DNA of 26,898 nt from Candidatus Asgardarchaeum abyssi (GTDB lineage Archaea > Asgardarchaeota > Asgardarchaeia > Asgardarchaeales > Asgardarchaeaceae). This document shows positions 1 through 8,337 of this stretch, one piece after another. Position 1 is the stretch's first letter. Each line of letters starts with the position of its first letter. A program made the position numbers and the translations under genes. The stretch covers positions 1-26,898 of the forward strand of contig JBECUL010000029.1 of assembly GCA_040225955.1 (NCBI GenBank), written 5' to 3'. The notes below the pieces were generated by a model. That model searched no databases, had not been told where the DNA came from, and was given only the letters and a program-made list of their open reading frames with translations.

Positions 1-166
1 TCCGTATTGGCTGCGGTGTGGCTGCACTCCTTGCCGAGTGGAATGCCCATCCGAGGGCGAATCCAATCAAATACGCAACTATGGTTGTGTATTCTATTTC
101 TATCATTTTTTTCACCGACAAAAAGGAGTGCGGCGGAAAAAATAATTTTTTCGCAGCCAATACGGA
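1..166. repeat. Foldback element (MITE-like or structured ncRNA), possibly cut by the window start
   Basis: Perfect 15-bp inverted repeat TCCGTATTGGCTGCG (1-15) / CGCAGCCAATACGGA (152-166). Second arm pair GCTGCACTCCTT (21-32) / AAGGAGTGCGGC (123-134). Internal hairpins at 45-58, 70-93 and 136-152. More GC-rich than the flank. Confidence 0.7.
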
Positions 167-363
167 TTTTTCACCTAATTAATGCGGAAGTACTGATATC
201 AAAATTCTGGGAGAAAATGCTAGTATCGCCGGGTCTTAGTCAATTCACATATTATAAAAACTACTTCAAGCAAAGATTTCAAAAATAAGTAATAACAACA
301 AAAACTGTTTTCACAGAAACATGTGAAATATTGATAAAGTTAAACAACATCAAAGGCATCAAT

Positions 364-803
364 TTAACTATTAAATAATTGAGATTCTGCAAATTTTATT
401 GCCTTTTTCAGTGCGTTTCTTAAATTTGTAACAGAAAAAAACAATTCCTTAAAGGAATCAATAATATCAATGATCTTTGAGTCCTCTGGAATATCTATCT
501 TCTAAGCACTTTTTAAATATTGCTCTAGGGCCTTTTTTAGGGATATAAAAAATATAGACTTTCTCATTAATTTGCCTAACTGAACCTATTAGTATTCCTT
601 TCTCAGAATATAGTTTTGATATATTTATATCGATAGCCCCTAGCCAAAGATAGTAATATCTCAAGTATTTTTGCTCTTACTTGTTTTAAATATGCACCAG
701 TCGCTTGTTTTGCTATATTTAATCTTGAAGAAATTTCAACTTGGCTATGTCCCTTCAAGTATAAGACCCAAACTTCTTCTTGTCTAGGAGGCAATATCAG
801 CAT
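364..803 (-). pseudogene. Frameshifted archaeal HTH protein (sigma70 region-4/LuxR-like N-terminal HTH)
   Basis: ORFs 603..803 (LPPRQEEVWVLYLKGHSQVEISSRLNIAKQA, HTH) and 467..664 (AIDINISKLYSEKGILIG...VYIFYIPKKG) join if one G is removed from the G4 run near 637-640. A third frame (KIDIPEDSKIID...AESQLFNS*) continues to a stop at 364. Confidence 0.65.
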
Positions 804-1034
804 CTTTCATCCATTTCTGTTCTGATTAGTGCTATAATTTCTTCCTCGGTAAGTTTTTGAAGAATTTTGCTGACTTTTTTCAATTTTTCCTTCAATTCTT
901 CTTTCTCAGGTTTATCAAGTTCTTCTTTAAGAGCTTTACGTATTATTTTACTAAATCGTACCCCTCGTTTTTTTAAGTTTATACCAAACTTCTCTTCTTA
1001 TTTTTGCAGATACTGTGACATAATCACTACTCAA
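797..1034 (-). pseudogene. Frameshifted VapB/CopG-type (RHH) antitoxin, absent from the ORF track
   Basis: TTG at 1034 gives MSSDYVTVSAKIRREVWYKLKK. Removing one A from the A7 run (968-974) continues RGVRFSKIIRKALKEELDKPEKEELKEKLKKVSKILQKLTEEEIIALIRTEMDERC*. This is the typical archaeal antitoxin pattern (TVSAKI...SxIIRKALxEE...EEIxxLIR). Confidence 0.75.
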
Positions 1035-1341
1035 TTGTAGTCACTAATATTTCCTATTTTTTTAGTATATTAATTTTCTTACAATTTATTAATTCTTCTT
1101 AGATTCGGTATCTTATAATTGATGTTATTATTACAAATTTGCTATCAGTACACACTCCTAGATAAGCTACTAATTTCTTCAAATAAATATGGAGAACTGA
1201 GAAATGTTTTGAATAAGCTTGGCTCCATTAAACAAGGCAGTTCAAGTAACCTTGAGAAAAAAATAAATTAAGAAAATGCTTCTTGATGTATGGTGTGTAT
1301 ATAACAATTTAATTAAATAAAGGAGGAGGAAGGATCAGAAA

Positions 1342-3381
1342 ATGGTAAAGCATGAAAAAAATAAAAGAGTGATAAAGCTCTTTAAAAGAGGCTTAGATAG
1401 TTTAGCTTCAAAAAATTTTGATAATGCTGAAAAATACTTTAAGAAAGTGTTAAAGATAGACCCAACTAATAAATCTGCATTAAATAACTTGGGCATAATA
1501 AGTTTCGTGACTAGAGATTACATTAGGGCGTATAATTATTTTTCTGCAACTCTACAAATTGATGAAAATAACATGTCCGCACTTATTCATCTTGGAATGG
1601 TATCTATATTTTTGAAAAAGAAAATCCGTGAAGGAAAAAAATATATTATAAAAGCATATAGGCTTTTTATGCGTAAGTCTACATACGATTTGCTATATGA
1701 TACGTCATTTCCTGATTATATAAATCCGCTTATTGAAAGTTTGGCTTTAATCGAAGATCATCGAAGATTAGTTAGGTTGTTTGAAAAACTTCATCAAACA
1801 TTAGGTTCTATGGAAGATATACTTAACTTTGTATCCCTACGTTACATTTTTAATTATTACATAGCGTATTATAACTATTATGGAGATTATGAATTTTGTA
1901 TAAAAATGCTTAACGAACTTGAAACTATGATTTATGAAGATTATGAATATGATGTTGTTAATGCTATCAGAAAATATAAGCAGATTTTAGAGTTTCTAAA
2001 GGAGAGAGGTCTGCATGTTAATTTAGATTATGTAATATATTTTGGTCTAACTAAGTTATCCAATTTATTACTTCATGGAATGTCTAAGGGACCCCCAGAG
2101 CAAGGTTATATAGCAACTGTGCTTCTATTTATCGCTGCTGGAGTTCAAGAATATAATAGAACGGAGTTAATTTATGATTTACTCTTTTCTGAGAGAGACT
2201 ACTATGAAAAAATGATAATTCTATCTGCGTTAAGTTACTATCAATTAGATGACATTTACCTTTTACTTCTTGATGTATTACATAATGAAAAATTTAAGAC
2301 ATTAAACAAGGAGTTGAAATTTTTTATAGCCCGACTTTTATCAATTTATGGTTACATACCACTGAATAAATTAAAAAATATCTTAGATAAGAACATTTTT
2401 TCTGCACTTAAAGATTTCACTAGAGCTATTGAAGAGAAAAATGTCGATAATAAAATAAATCTTTTAATTAAGTCATATAAAAAGTTTCCTTCATTACAAA
2501 CATTTAAAGCTTTAATTGATACTATAATAGCTTCTTTAGGAACTAGGAAAAAATATGATTATAACTTTATTAAAAATAGAATAAGTCAGTTAATTAAACT
2601 GACAAGCCTTTATGAAAAACCAGATGAGCTTTACTTAGATTTAAGCCTCATGCTTCATATACTGAGAATCAATAAAATTTTGGACCAAAATCGTTTAAAC
2701 GAAATTTATGGTATGATCCCAAAAATAGATTTTAACAAAATACATCCACTTAGTGTCTTTGATTATAAGTTGAGCAACATACTTTTCGAATCTTTAATCA
2801 AGCGATCGGTAGACCATAAAATGATTTTAGATTTTTATAGTCTGATAAATTCGAAATATTCATTAATCATAGAAGAGTTTCACGAATTTGCTGCAGAAAG
2901 GCTCTTTATTCAAAAAATATACGACTCTTATAAATGTCAAAGAACCAACTTTAGAAAGAAAATCAATCCAAATTATTCACTTGAAGATTTTTTAAAGAAT
3001 TATAACATGGAAATACTCAGGAGAATAGTTGCTTCACTTGGCTTGGAGAATAAAAAAGGAACTAAAATAGATTATATTAAACTAATAACGAAGCATTTGA
3101 AAAACAGCCTTCCCAAAATTTTTAGTGAACTAACAAGAAAAGAAAAAATTGCTTTGAAATATATAATCTCTAAAGGTGGTATTGTTGAATTTTATGATTT
3201 TGTATTGAAATTTGATATTAACGCCTTAGACTATTCAATTTGTGAGATTTTAGACATAAAAAATTCTGTACTTGCAAAGTTGTTGCTTAAAGGTATTGCA
3301 TTTATTGGAACACTTAATAACAAAAGAGTTATAATAATCCCAAAACAAAATTTAAAAATACTGCAAAAAACAGAAAAATGA
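1342..3381 (+). CDS. Tetratricopeptide-repeat protein with helical middle and C-terminal SAP/winged-helix-like domain
   Basis: 679-aa ORF. N-terminal TPRs (AEKYFKKVLKIDPTNKSALNNLG; AYNYFSATLQIDENNMSALIHLG). C-terminus LTRKEKIALKYIISKGGIV...LLLKGIAFIG...IIP. Strong RBS AAGGAGGAGG at about 1320-1329. Confidence 0.8.
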   Translation: MVKHEKNKRVIKLFKRGLDSLASKNFDNAEKYFKKVLKIDPTNKSALNNLGIISFVTRDYIRAYNYFSATLQIDENNMSALIHLGMVSIFLKKKIREGKKYIIKAYRLFMRKSTYDLLYDTSFPDYINPLIESLALIEDHRRLVRLFEKLHQTLGSMEDILNFVSLRYIFNYYIAYYNYYGDYEFCIKMLNELETMIYEDYEYDVVNAIRKYKQILEFLKERGLHVNLDYVIYFGLTKLSNLLLHGMSKGPPEQGYIATVLLFIAAGVQEYNRTELIYDLLFSERDYYEKMIILSALSYYQLDDIYLLLLDVLHNEKFKTLNKELKFFIARLLSIYGYIPLNKLKNILDKNIFSALKDFTRAIEEKNVDNKINLLIKSYKKFPSLQTFKALIDTIIASLGTRKKYDYNFIKNRISQLIKLTSLYEKPDELYLDLSLMLHILRINKILDQNRLNEIYGMIPKIDFNKIHPLSVFDYKLSNILFESLIKRSVDHKMILDFYSLINSKYSLIIEEFHEFAAERLFIQKIYDSYKCQRTNFRKKINPNYSLEDFLKNYNMEILRRIVASLGLENKKGTKIDYIKLITKHLKNSLPKIFSELTRKEKIALKYIISKGGIVEFYDFVLKFDINALDYSICEILDIKNSVLAKLLLKGIAFIGTLNNKRVIIIPKQNLKILQKTEK

Positions 3382-3648
3382 CATTGATGAAGTAAACTTA
3401 TAAATCTAGAGAGACCATCACCTCAGAATAAATCTAACAAGTTGGGATACTTGTAGTAATGATATATCAAATAGTTGGGAATAATGATATAGTCTTTCTA
3501 GTTATTTATTAGAGGCGACACAAGAGCGAACTATGAAATGATTTTCGAGGTTGTACCTTTCGAACAAAGATTACTAAATCTTTACTAAACTACTTTAAGT
3601 AATTTATCAATAAGCCACTTTAAGTGATATATCTTAGAGATATCATAT

Positions 3649-4165
3649 ATGTTTGTGACGCACGTTATTGTAAGCATTACCATAGTTTTTCTTTTTTCAC
3701 CAGCCCAAGTAACTTTGTCTTTGGTAGAGTAACTGAAATTATTCCTTTCAAGGCATAGCATAGGCTAGTGAATTCTAAGAGTATTTATTGCTGGTGTGTT
3801 ATATCTTCCGGTTTACTTATTTTTTCGGAGCACTTTTTCTCCGATAATTGTTCTTTTCTATACAGATCCAAGTTTTGGGCTTAACCTAACAATTCCACAA
3901 TTTGAAGTTATTGTTCCTCTAGAGATTGCTAGAGGAATTGTCTACGTGATTTTACTAATTCTTGTTCTGGCTAGCATGAACCTTGAGCTACGTAAGCAAA
4001 TTATTCTTTTAGCGACAATATTATTCTGTGTTGGTACATTGCCTGGGCTCATTTCAAATCAAACTTGGCCTCTGTTTACTTAGATTAGCTCACGGCTTGG
4101 AGATTGCTGTAGATTCCTTTGTCTACGGATATATAATAGTTAGAGTAATTTATTCTGAGGTATAG
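3649..4165 (+). pseudogene. Degraded multi-pass membrane protein
   Basis: One hydrophobic reading frame from ATG 3649 with in-frame stops (TAA 3730, TAG 3766, TGA 3769). It runs through ORF 3796..4083, then a +1 frameshift at about 4075 leads to RLAHGLEIAVDSFVYGYIIVRVIYSEV* (stop at 4165). Confidence 0.7.
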
Positions 4166-4237
4166 AGGATTGCATTTATATTGCGCAGCGTAATTCTCCC
4201 ATATGAAATCACCGTGATATGATATTGAGTTAACGTT

Positions 4238-4981
4238 TCATGTACCACTGCTGTATATCCACATTTTATACTGATCGAATGAGAAAATTTTAGTTATTTC
4301 AAGGTAGCTTTTTCCTCTTTTAGTAATTTTAGCACCTTTGATTGCTATTCTTTCACCATGATTAATATTTACATTAAAGTTAGCAATGGCCGGCATATCT
4401 ACAAGTGTGGATCTAAAGATAAAGCGAGTTCTCTGGAAGATGACATCAATGTGTTCACCATATCTAAAGTCAGTGTCTATTAGGAATGGTGCCAATGCCC
4501 TACCGAGAAAACCTTCAACTCTATGATCATAAATTCGTCCAATTTTATTTATTGGCAAGTTAAACTCCTCAAAGTCGTTTTTTGCATAGGTCATGATCCA
4601 TTTTAATCCTTCCTTTTTGAGAATGTCCTTTGGAACAAGAACCTTAAACGGCAATGCTTTGAAATTCACATGCTGCTTAAATTTTGTCTTCTTTAAGTAG
4701 AAATCTAAGACAAGGTGGTAATATAGTTCTTCAGTTAGCTCGGAGGCCACATAATTGTATGTAGCTGCAATTTTCTCTTTCATTTTCTCATATGATATCT
4801 TAAAAATACCACTCAGTAGATATCTTAAATCTTCTAATAGTTCATTGAAGCTTACAAATTTCGTTAAGTCATGAGTGTCTGATAGATATACCACATATGT
4901 CAAATCGTCAAACATTTGAAGAGTGAATCCTACAAATTCGTTTTCTTTGTCAAAAACTGGAAGTCCCAGTTCCAGATCCAT
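4238..4981 (-). CDS. Hypothetical protein; possible PRC-barrel-like N-terminus and OB-fold-like C-terminus
   Basis: 247-aa intact ORF with upstream GGGGA RBS. GLPVFDKENEFVG resembles a PRC-barrel start; INHGERIAIKGAKITKRGKSYLEITKI resembles OB-fold strands. Domain calls are by eye only. Confidence 0.6.
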   Translation of the reverse strand: MDLELGLPVFDKENEFVGFTLQMFDDLTYVVYLSDTHDLTKFVSFNELLEDLRYLLSGIFKISYEKMKEKIAATYNYVASELTEELYYHLVLDFYLKKTKFKQHVNFKALPFKVLVPKDILKKEGLKWIMTYAKNDFEEFNLPINKIGRIYDHRVEGFLGRALAPFLIDTDFRYGEHIDVIFQRTRFIFRSTLVDMPAIANFNVNINHGERIAIKGAKITKRGKSYLEITKIFSFDQYKMWIYSSGT

Positions 4982-5158
4982 ATAATCCCCTGCTCGTCGT
5001 AATAAATATCCCTAAAAAATAACATGACTTTAATTAAATTAAAAGTTATTGTTGAATTCTGCTAAAAAGTCGTTTACATATTTTATAGCGAAACAATGAG
5101 CATTACAAATATCTATACATACGAAGAAATAAAAAATAAAAGAGGAAATTAAAGACTT

Positions 5159-5984
5159 CTAAATTTCTTGACTTTTTTCTTCTTTTGTTTTGAAACTATC
5201 ATAGCGAAAGATATTGTAGTAAGCCCCAGAACATTGAGAATGAAGAAGGTATACATGGATTTTCTTGCGTAGAGTTATTTTCTTCAAGGTTATTAGTGTT
5301 TGGGCTGATGAAATTGCTAGTGCTGGTTGATTGTGATAACTTAGAGGATGAGTAGACTGCCATGTAATAGGTCGAGTTAATATTTATTCCTGCTATTGCT
5401 AAGTCAAGATGCCCAGATCCATCAAAATCGCCTATTGCCACACCGTCCACTGTAAATCCGTCTCCAAAGGCATATTTTGGCCCGTCATAAGAAACGATAA
5501 ATGCTAATCCTTCGTTAAATGCTAGAATCTCATCGTAATTGTCGTTTTCTAGATCTACAATGATTATATATGAGTTCGCTCCAGTTACATATGTGCTTAC
5601 CCAGAGTGCATTGCTTCTGATTTCTTTAAGAACAGTATTGGTAGTTCCAGAAATAAATTGAATTCCTTCGGTATAGATTAACACTGCAAAGTCTTCATAA
5701 GTGGTGCTTCTGAAGTGACCATCGGCAACGCCATAAATATACTTGCCGTTATACGTTATCTCACCATTAATTGTACCCGTCTCGACGATAAACTTTCTTA
5801 CTTTTCCAGTAGAGGAACTAGCATTATTGGAGGCTACAGTAACGATGTGATCTCCATTCTCATTTGTAAAGTAGTCGAAAGCTTGTATAGTTTCAAGACT
5901 AAATGAGTAAGACCGGAGGGTAGTGCCATCAGATTTTAGCACATATATTTCATAGGCACCACTTCCAGAAATATAGTCGCCCAT
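5159..5984 (-). pseudogene. C-terminal remnant of an FG-GAP/VCBS beta-propeller surface protein with frameshifted membrane anchor
   Basis: Ca-binding propeller motifs IVDLENDNYDEIL and VAIGDFDGSGHLDLAIAG, followed by a Ser/Thr/Asn linker. The TM anchor SMYTFFILNVLGLTTISFAMIV is in another frame after an A-run at 5260-5263. No signal peptide; the 5' part is missing. Confidence 0.7.
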
Positions 5985-6007
5985 CTTTTTCCTCTCATGG
6001 CCTTCGT

Positions 6008-6102
6008 ATTCTTTCTTACACGTACTCTGGTTTTATAGAATTCTATAATGATTTCAATTGCGGCCAAAGGTCCCCCGTAAAAGTCAATATGTAAGAAAGA
6101 AT
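6008..6102. repeat. Small inverted-repeat element with an internal 16-bp palindrome
   Basis: ATTCTTTCTTACA (6008-6020) is the exact reverse complement of TGTAAGAAAGAAT (6090-6102). TTATAGAATTCTATAA (6033-6048) is a perfect palindrome. Confidence 0.6.
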
Positions 6103-6154
6103 GTATAATAATAATTATAGTGCTGATAATTTTATAATTTTTTATGTTTTTTAT

Positions 6155-6678
6155 GAAACCGTAAAAAATTAGTTTCTAGCGGTTAAAAATTTCTTGTCGA
6201 TGAGTATACGCTTCATATTTTCGTTTCACCGATCACGTTTAATCACCAGAGTAAACGCTCGACAGACTACACGCTAGCACGTCCATCCAACTCACAACAT
6301 ACGTTACATAACTACGCTATATTTACATTCATCCCTAATGGCCGACACGAGATATTCATGTGCTCTCTGCAAGGCATCTCATTTAACTAATAGCCCAATC
6401 GGCGTAACAAGGCGATTTAGTTAAGCCTTTGCCATTCAATTAATCCTTGTAATTTCTCAAGCGTTAAAATATTTTCGATTAGCGTATTAGTAGAAACTGA
6501 ACTGATCGGTGCAATGACTATGATGAGAGGTATATAGATCGGTTTTGGGTGGCGAAGTAGCGAGATAACTCCTTGCAGGTTTGGTGTGTTGTTGATTGCC
6601 CAGAGCATGAGGGAGATAATGAACCAGAAAAATGATTTTGCCGGCTCTGATCCGCCATTCGCAAATTTTTACGGGTTC
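6155..6678. mobile_element. 524-bp non-autonomous IS derivative/MITE (IS256-like ends)
   Basis: TIRs GAAACCGTAAAAAATT (6155-6170) and the reverse complement of 6663-6678 (GAACCCGTAAAAATTT) match at 14/16. Flanked by a perfect 9-bp direct repeat GTTTTTTAT (6146-6154 and 6679-6687). Higher GC than flanks; no transposase inside. Confidence 0.85.
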
Positions 6679-6698
6679 GTTTTTTATGAAAGATTTTC

Positions 6699-7415
6699 TC
6701 AACCCGTTTTCAATTTTCTTTTTATTTCTCGGAGTATTTTCAATTCTCTGAAGAAGCGATGAAGTTCTCCTGTCTTTGCTTTTTTATGAATTACGAGCAT
6801 AAAGGGCAACATGATTATTAGAAAAGCTAGAGGTATCCATATTGCGGGAGATTTATAGTGCCACAGTATAATAACTTGTGAGATCATGATTATATGTTCC
6901 CAGAGGATAGGAATTCCGAATAGGAGGGTGCGTTTACCTTGAGTTGCTTTTAAGTAACTGACATATTCAATCCGTACACCAAATTCGAGGGGATCGTACA
7001 TATAGAATCCTTCGAACTTTATTCCTGATAGCAGGCTACCCAAACATCTTCCTGTAAGAAAGCTAAAATAGAGTACTAAGGCTTCAGAAAGGAAAGCGAC
7101 AATGTAAAGTAAAATGCCTTCTAAGTTAGAGTATAGAGATATCCACAGAAAGAGCGAGTATGCCAAGATAAGACCGAGTGAAAAGAGAATTGCGCCAGTT
7201 TTATGGCTTAAGATAATTTTCTTTTTGAGAAGGTTTTTTCTTATTTCAGCAACTTTATGGAGTACTAACTCATCGACTTCTGAAGAGGGCATTCGTTTAA
7301 TTTTTCCTACAATCTTCCAGAAATCGCGTCTAACTTGTGGGTTGTCTCCTTCATTCCGTAATCTTTTTTCAATTTCTTCCAGCTCAGTTAGCAATTCCAT
7401 AAGCAAGATCTCCAC
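6699..7415 (-). CDS. Hypothetical archaeal membrane protein (about 4 TM) with helical N-terminus
   Basis: 238-aa ORF with charged N-terminus, hydrophobic segments and YVSYLKATQGKR loop. The start may be ATG 7400. Confidence 0.75.
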   Translation of the reverse strand: MEILLMELLTELEEIEKRLRNEGDNPQVRRDFWKIVGKIKRMPSSEVDELVLHKVAEIRKNLLKKKIILSHKTGAILFSLGLILAYSLFLWISLYSNLEGILLYIVAFLSEALVLYFSFLTGRCLGSLLSGIKFEGFYMYDPLEFGVRIEYVSYLKATQGKRTLLFGIPILWEHIIMISQVIILWHYKSPAIWIPLAFLIIMLPFMLVIHKKAKTGELHRFFRELKILREIKRKLKTG

Positions 7416-7697
7416 AGTAACAGTTAGTACCTATAATATAAAAATTGTAACAACTTTAATAATATTTTTGAGATATAAAACTATACTATACTAATAATAC
7501 TCTATTTAGGAGAATTAAACGTGTAGAAAACTCTGGCTAAGCTAATTCTATTGGCATTTTCATCAAAAAAGAACAGTTTCGTTAGGCAGTAAGCTTATAA
7601 ATTTTAATTGTTATTTCTCTATAAGGAAATTAAAAAATTTGAAATCATTTATAAGTAAAAAGATAAATATTTACTTGAGAATATGAGGTATTAAAAC

Positions 7698-7865
7698 ATG
7701 AAATCATTAAAAGTAAAAAAGTATAGTAAAAGTATCTCAGTGGAAGAGATAGATTGTGATGAATTAACGGATGAGGCTCGTGATGCAATAAAGGAAGCCA
7801 TAATTGATGCTATTCAAGGAAAAGGAGAAGACTTAGAAAAAATATTAAGGAATTCTAAAAAATGA
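7698..7865 (+). CDS. Small acidic antitoxin-like protein (55 aa), absent from the ORF track
   Basis: MKSLKVKKYSKSISVEEIDCDELTDEARDAIKEAIIDAIQGKGEDLEKILRNSKK*, with GAGGT RBS at 7685-7689. ELTDE..AIKEAI.D..G...LE.IL resembles RelB-type C-terminal toxin-binding segments. Overlaps the 3' end of relE convergently. Confidence 0.6.
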   Translation: MKSLKVKKYSKSISVEEIDCDELTDEARDAIKEAIIDAIQGKGEDLEKILRNSKK

Positions 7866-8156
7866 TTTTCTTTTGAAAATTCTATGTCTATGATTAACAT
7901 ATAATAGCCAAACCTCCTTTTGTTCATGATTTATATAAAAAATGACTCTCCAATCACCAATTCTTAGCTCCCACAACCTAACTTCGATAATGTTTTCACA
8001 AAATTTTACTCGCCAATATCCTTTTAGAAGTTTTCCTTTATTTTTAGGATTATCAGTTAATTCAATAACTTTCTCCAGAATACGACGCTTTACAGTATTA
8101 TTCCTGATTTTCTCAAGGGATTCTTTGAACTTTTTGGTTACTTTCACTCTGTACAT
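7845..8156 (-). CDS. relE: RelE/ParE-family type II toxin
   Basis: 103 aa, basic. MYRVKVTKKFKESLEKI...LTDNP..KGKLLKG...LWELRIGDWRVIFYINHEQKEVWLLYVNHRHRIF matches the RelE RxGDxR and HR..IY/F motifs. Confidence 0.9.
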   Translation of the reverse strand: MYRVKVTKKFKESLEKIRNNTVKRRILEKVIELTDNPKNKGKLLKGYWRVKFCENIIEVRLWELRIGDWRVIFYINHEQKEVWLLYVNHRHRIFKRKSFFRIP

Positions 8157-8187
8157 AGTTTTACACTTCCGGTATCAAAGTACATTT

Positions 8188-8337
8188 TTAACCATCTTTA
8201 GTATTTCTAATTAAAACAGTTACAGGAAAATTTACTGCATATCCACAAATTAGAGCTTCACCAATCCTAAGGTATGGCAGATTTTTTGTGACCTCTATAG
8301 CAACATCAGCCAATTCTTTGCTTAAATAATCCAAATC
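8188..8337 (-). pseudogene. C-terminal remnant of a HerA/FtsK-family ATPase
   Basis: Minus-strand frame DLDYLSKELADVAIEVTKNLPYLRIGEALICGYAVNFPVTVLIRNTKDG* matches the HerA C-terminal pattern DL..I......LP.L..GEA.I.G.....PV.V.IR. No upstream part remains. Confidence 0.65.

Noticed and set aside
1-166. tRNA or rRNA fragment
   Set aside because: No T-loop or anticodon-arm geometry, no recognisable rRNA motif, and stems too long.
7-288. 93-aa ORF
   Set aside because: Runs across the foldback element; TTG start, no RBS and no motif, so likely spurious.
3730-3771. Stop-codon recoding (Sec/Pyl or alternative code) in the membrane gene
   Set aside because: All three stop types occur together with a frameshift, and intact genes here end in TAA, TAG and TGA normally; this is decay.
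6417-6702. ORFs 6417..6608 and 6487..6702
   Set aside because: Lie within or across the MITE; no transposase or other motifs.
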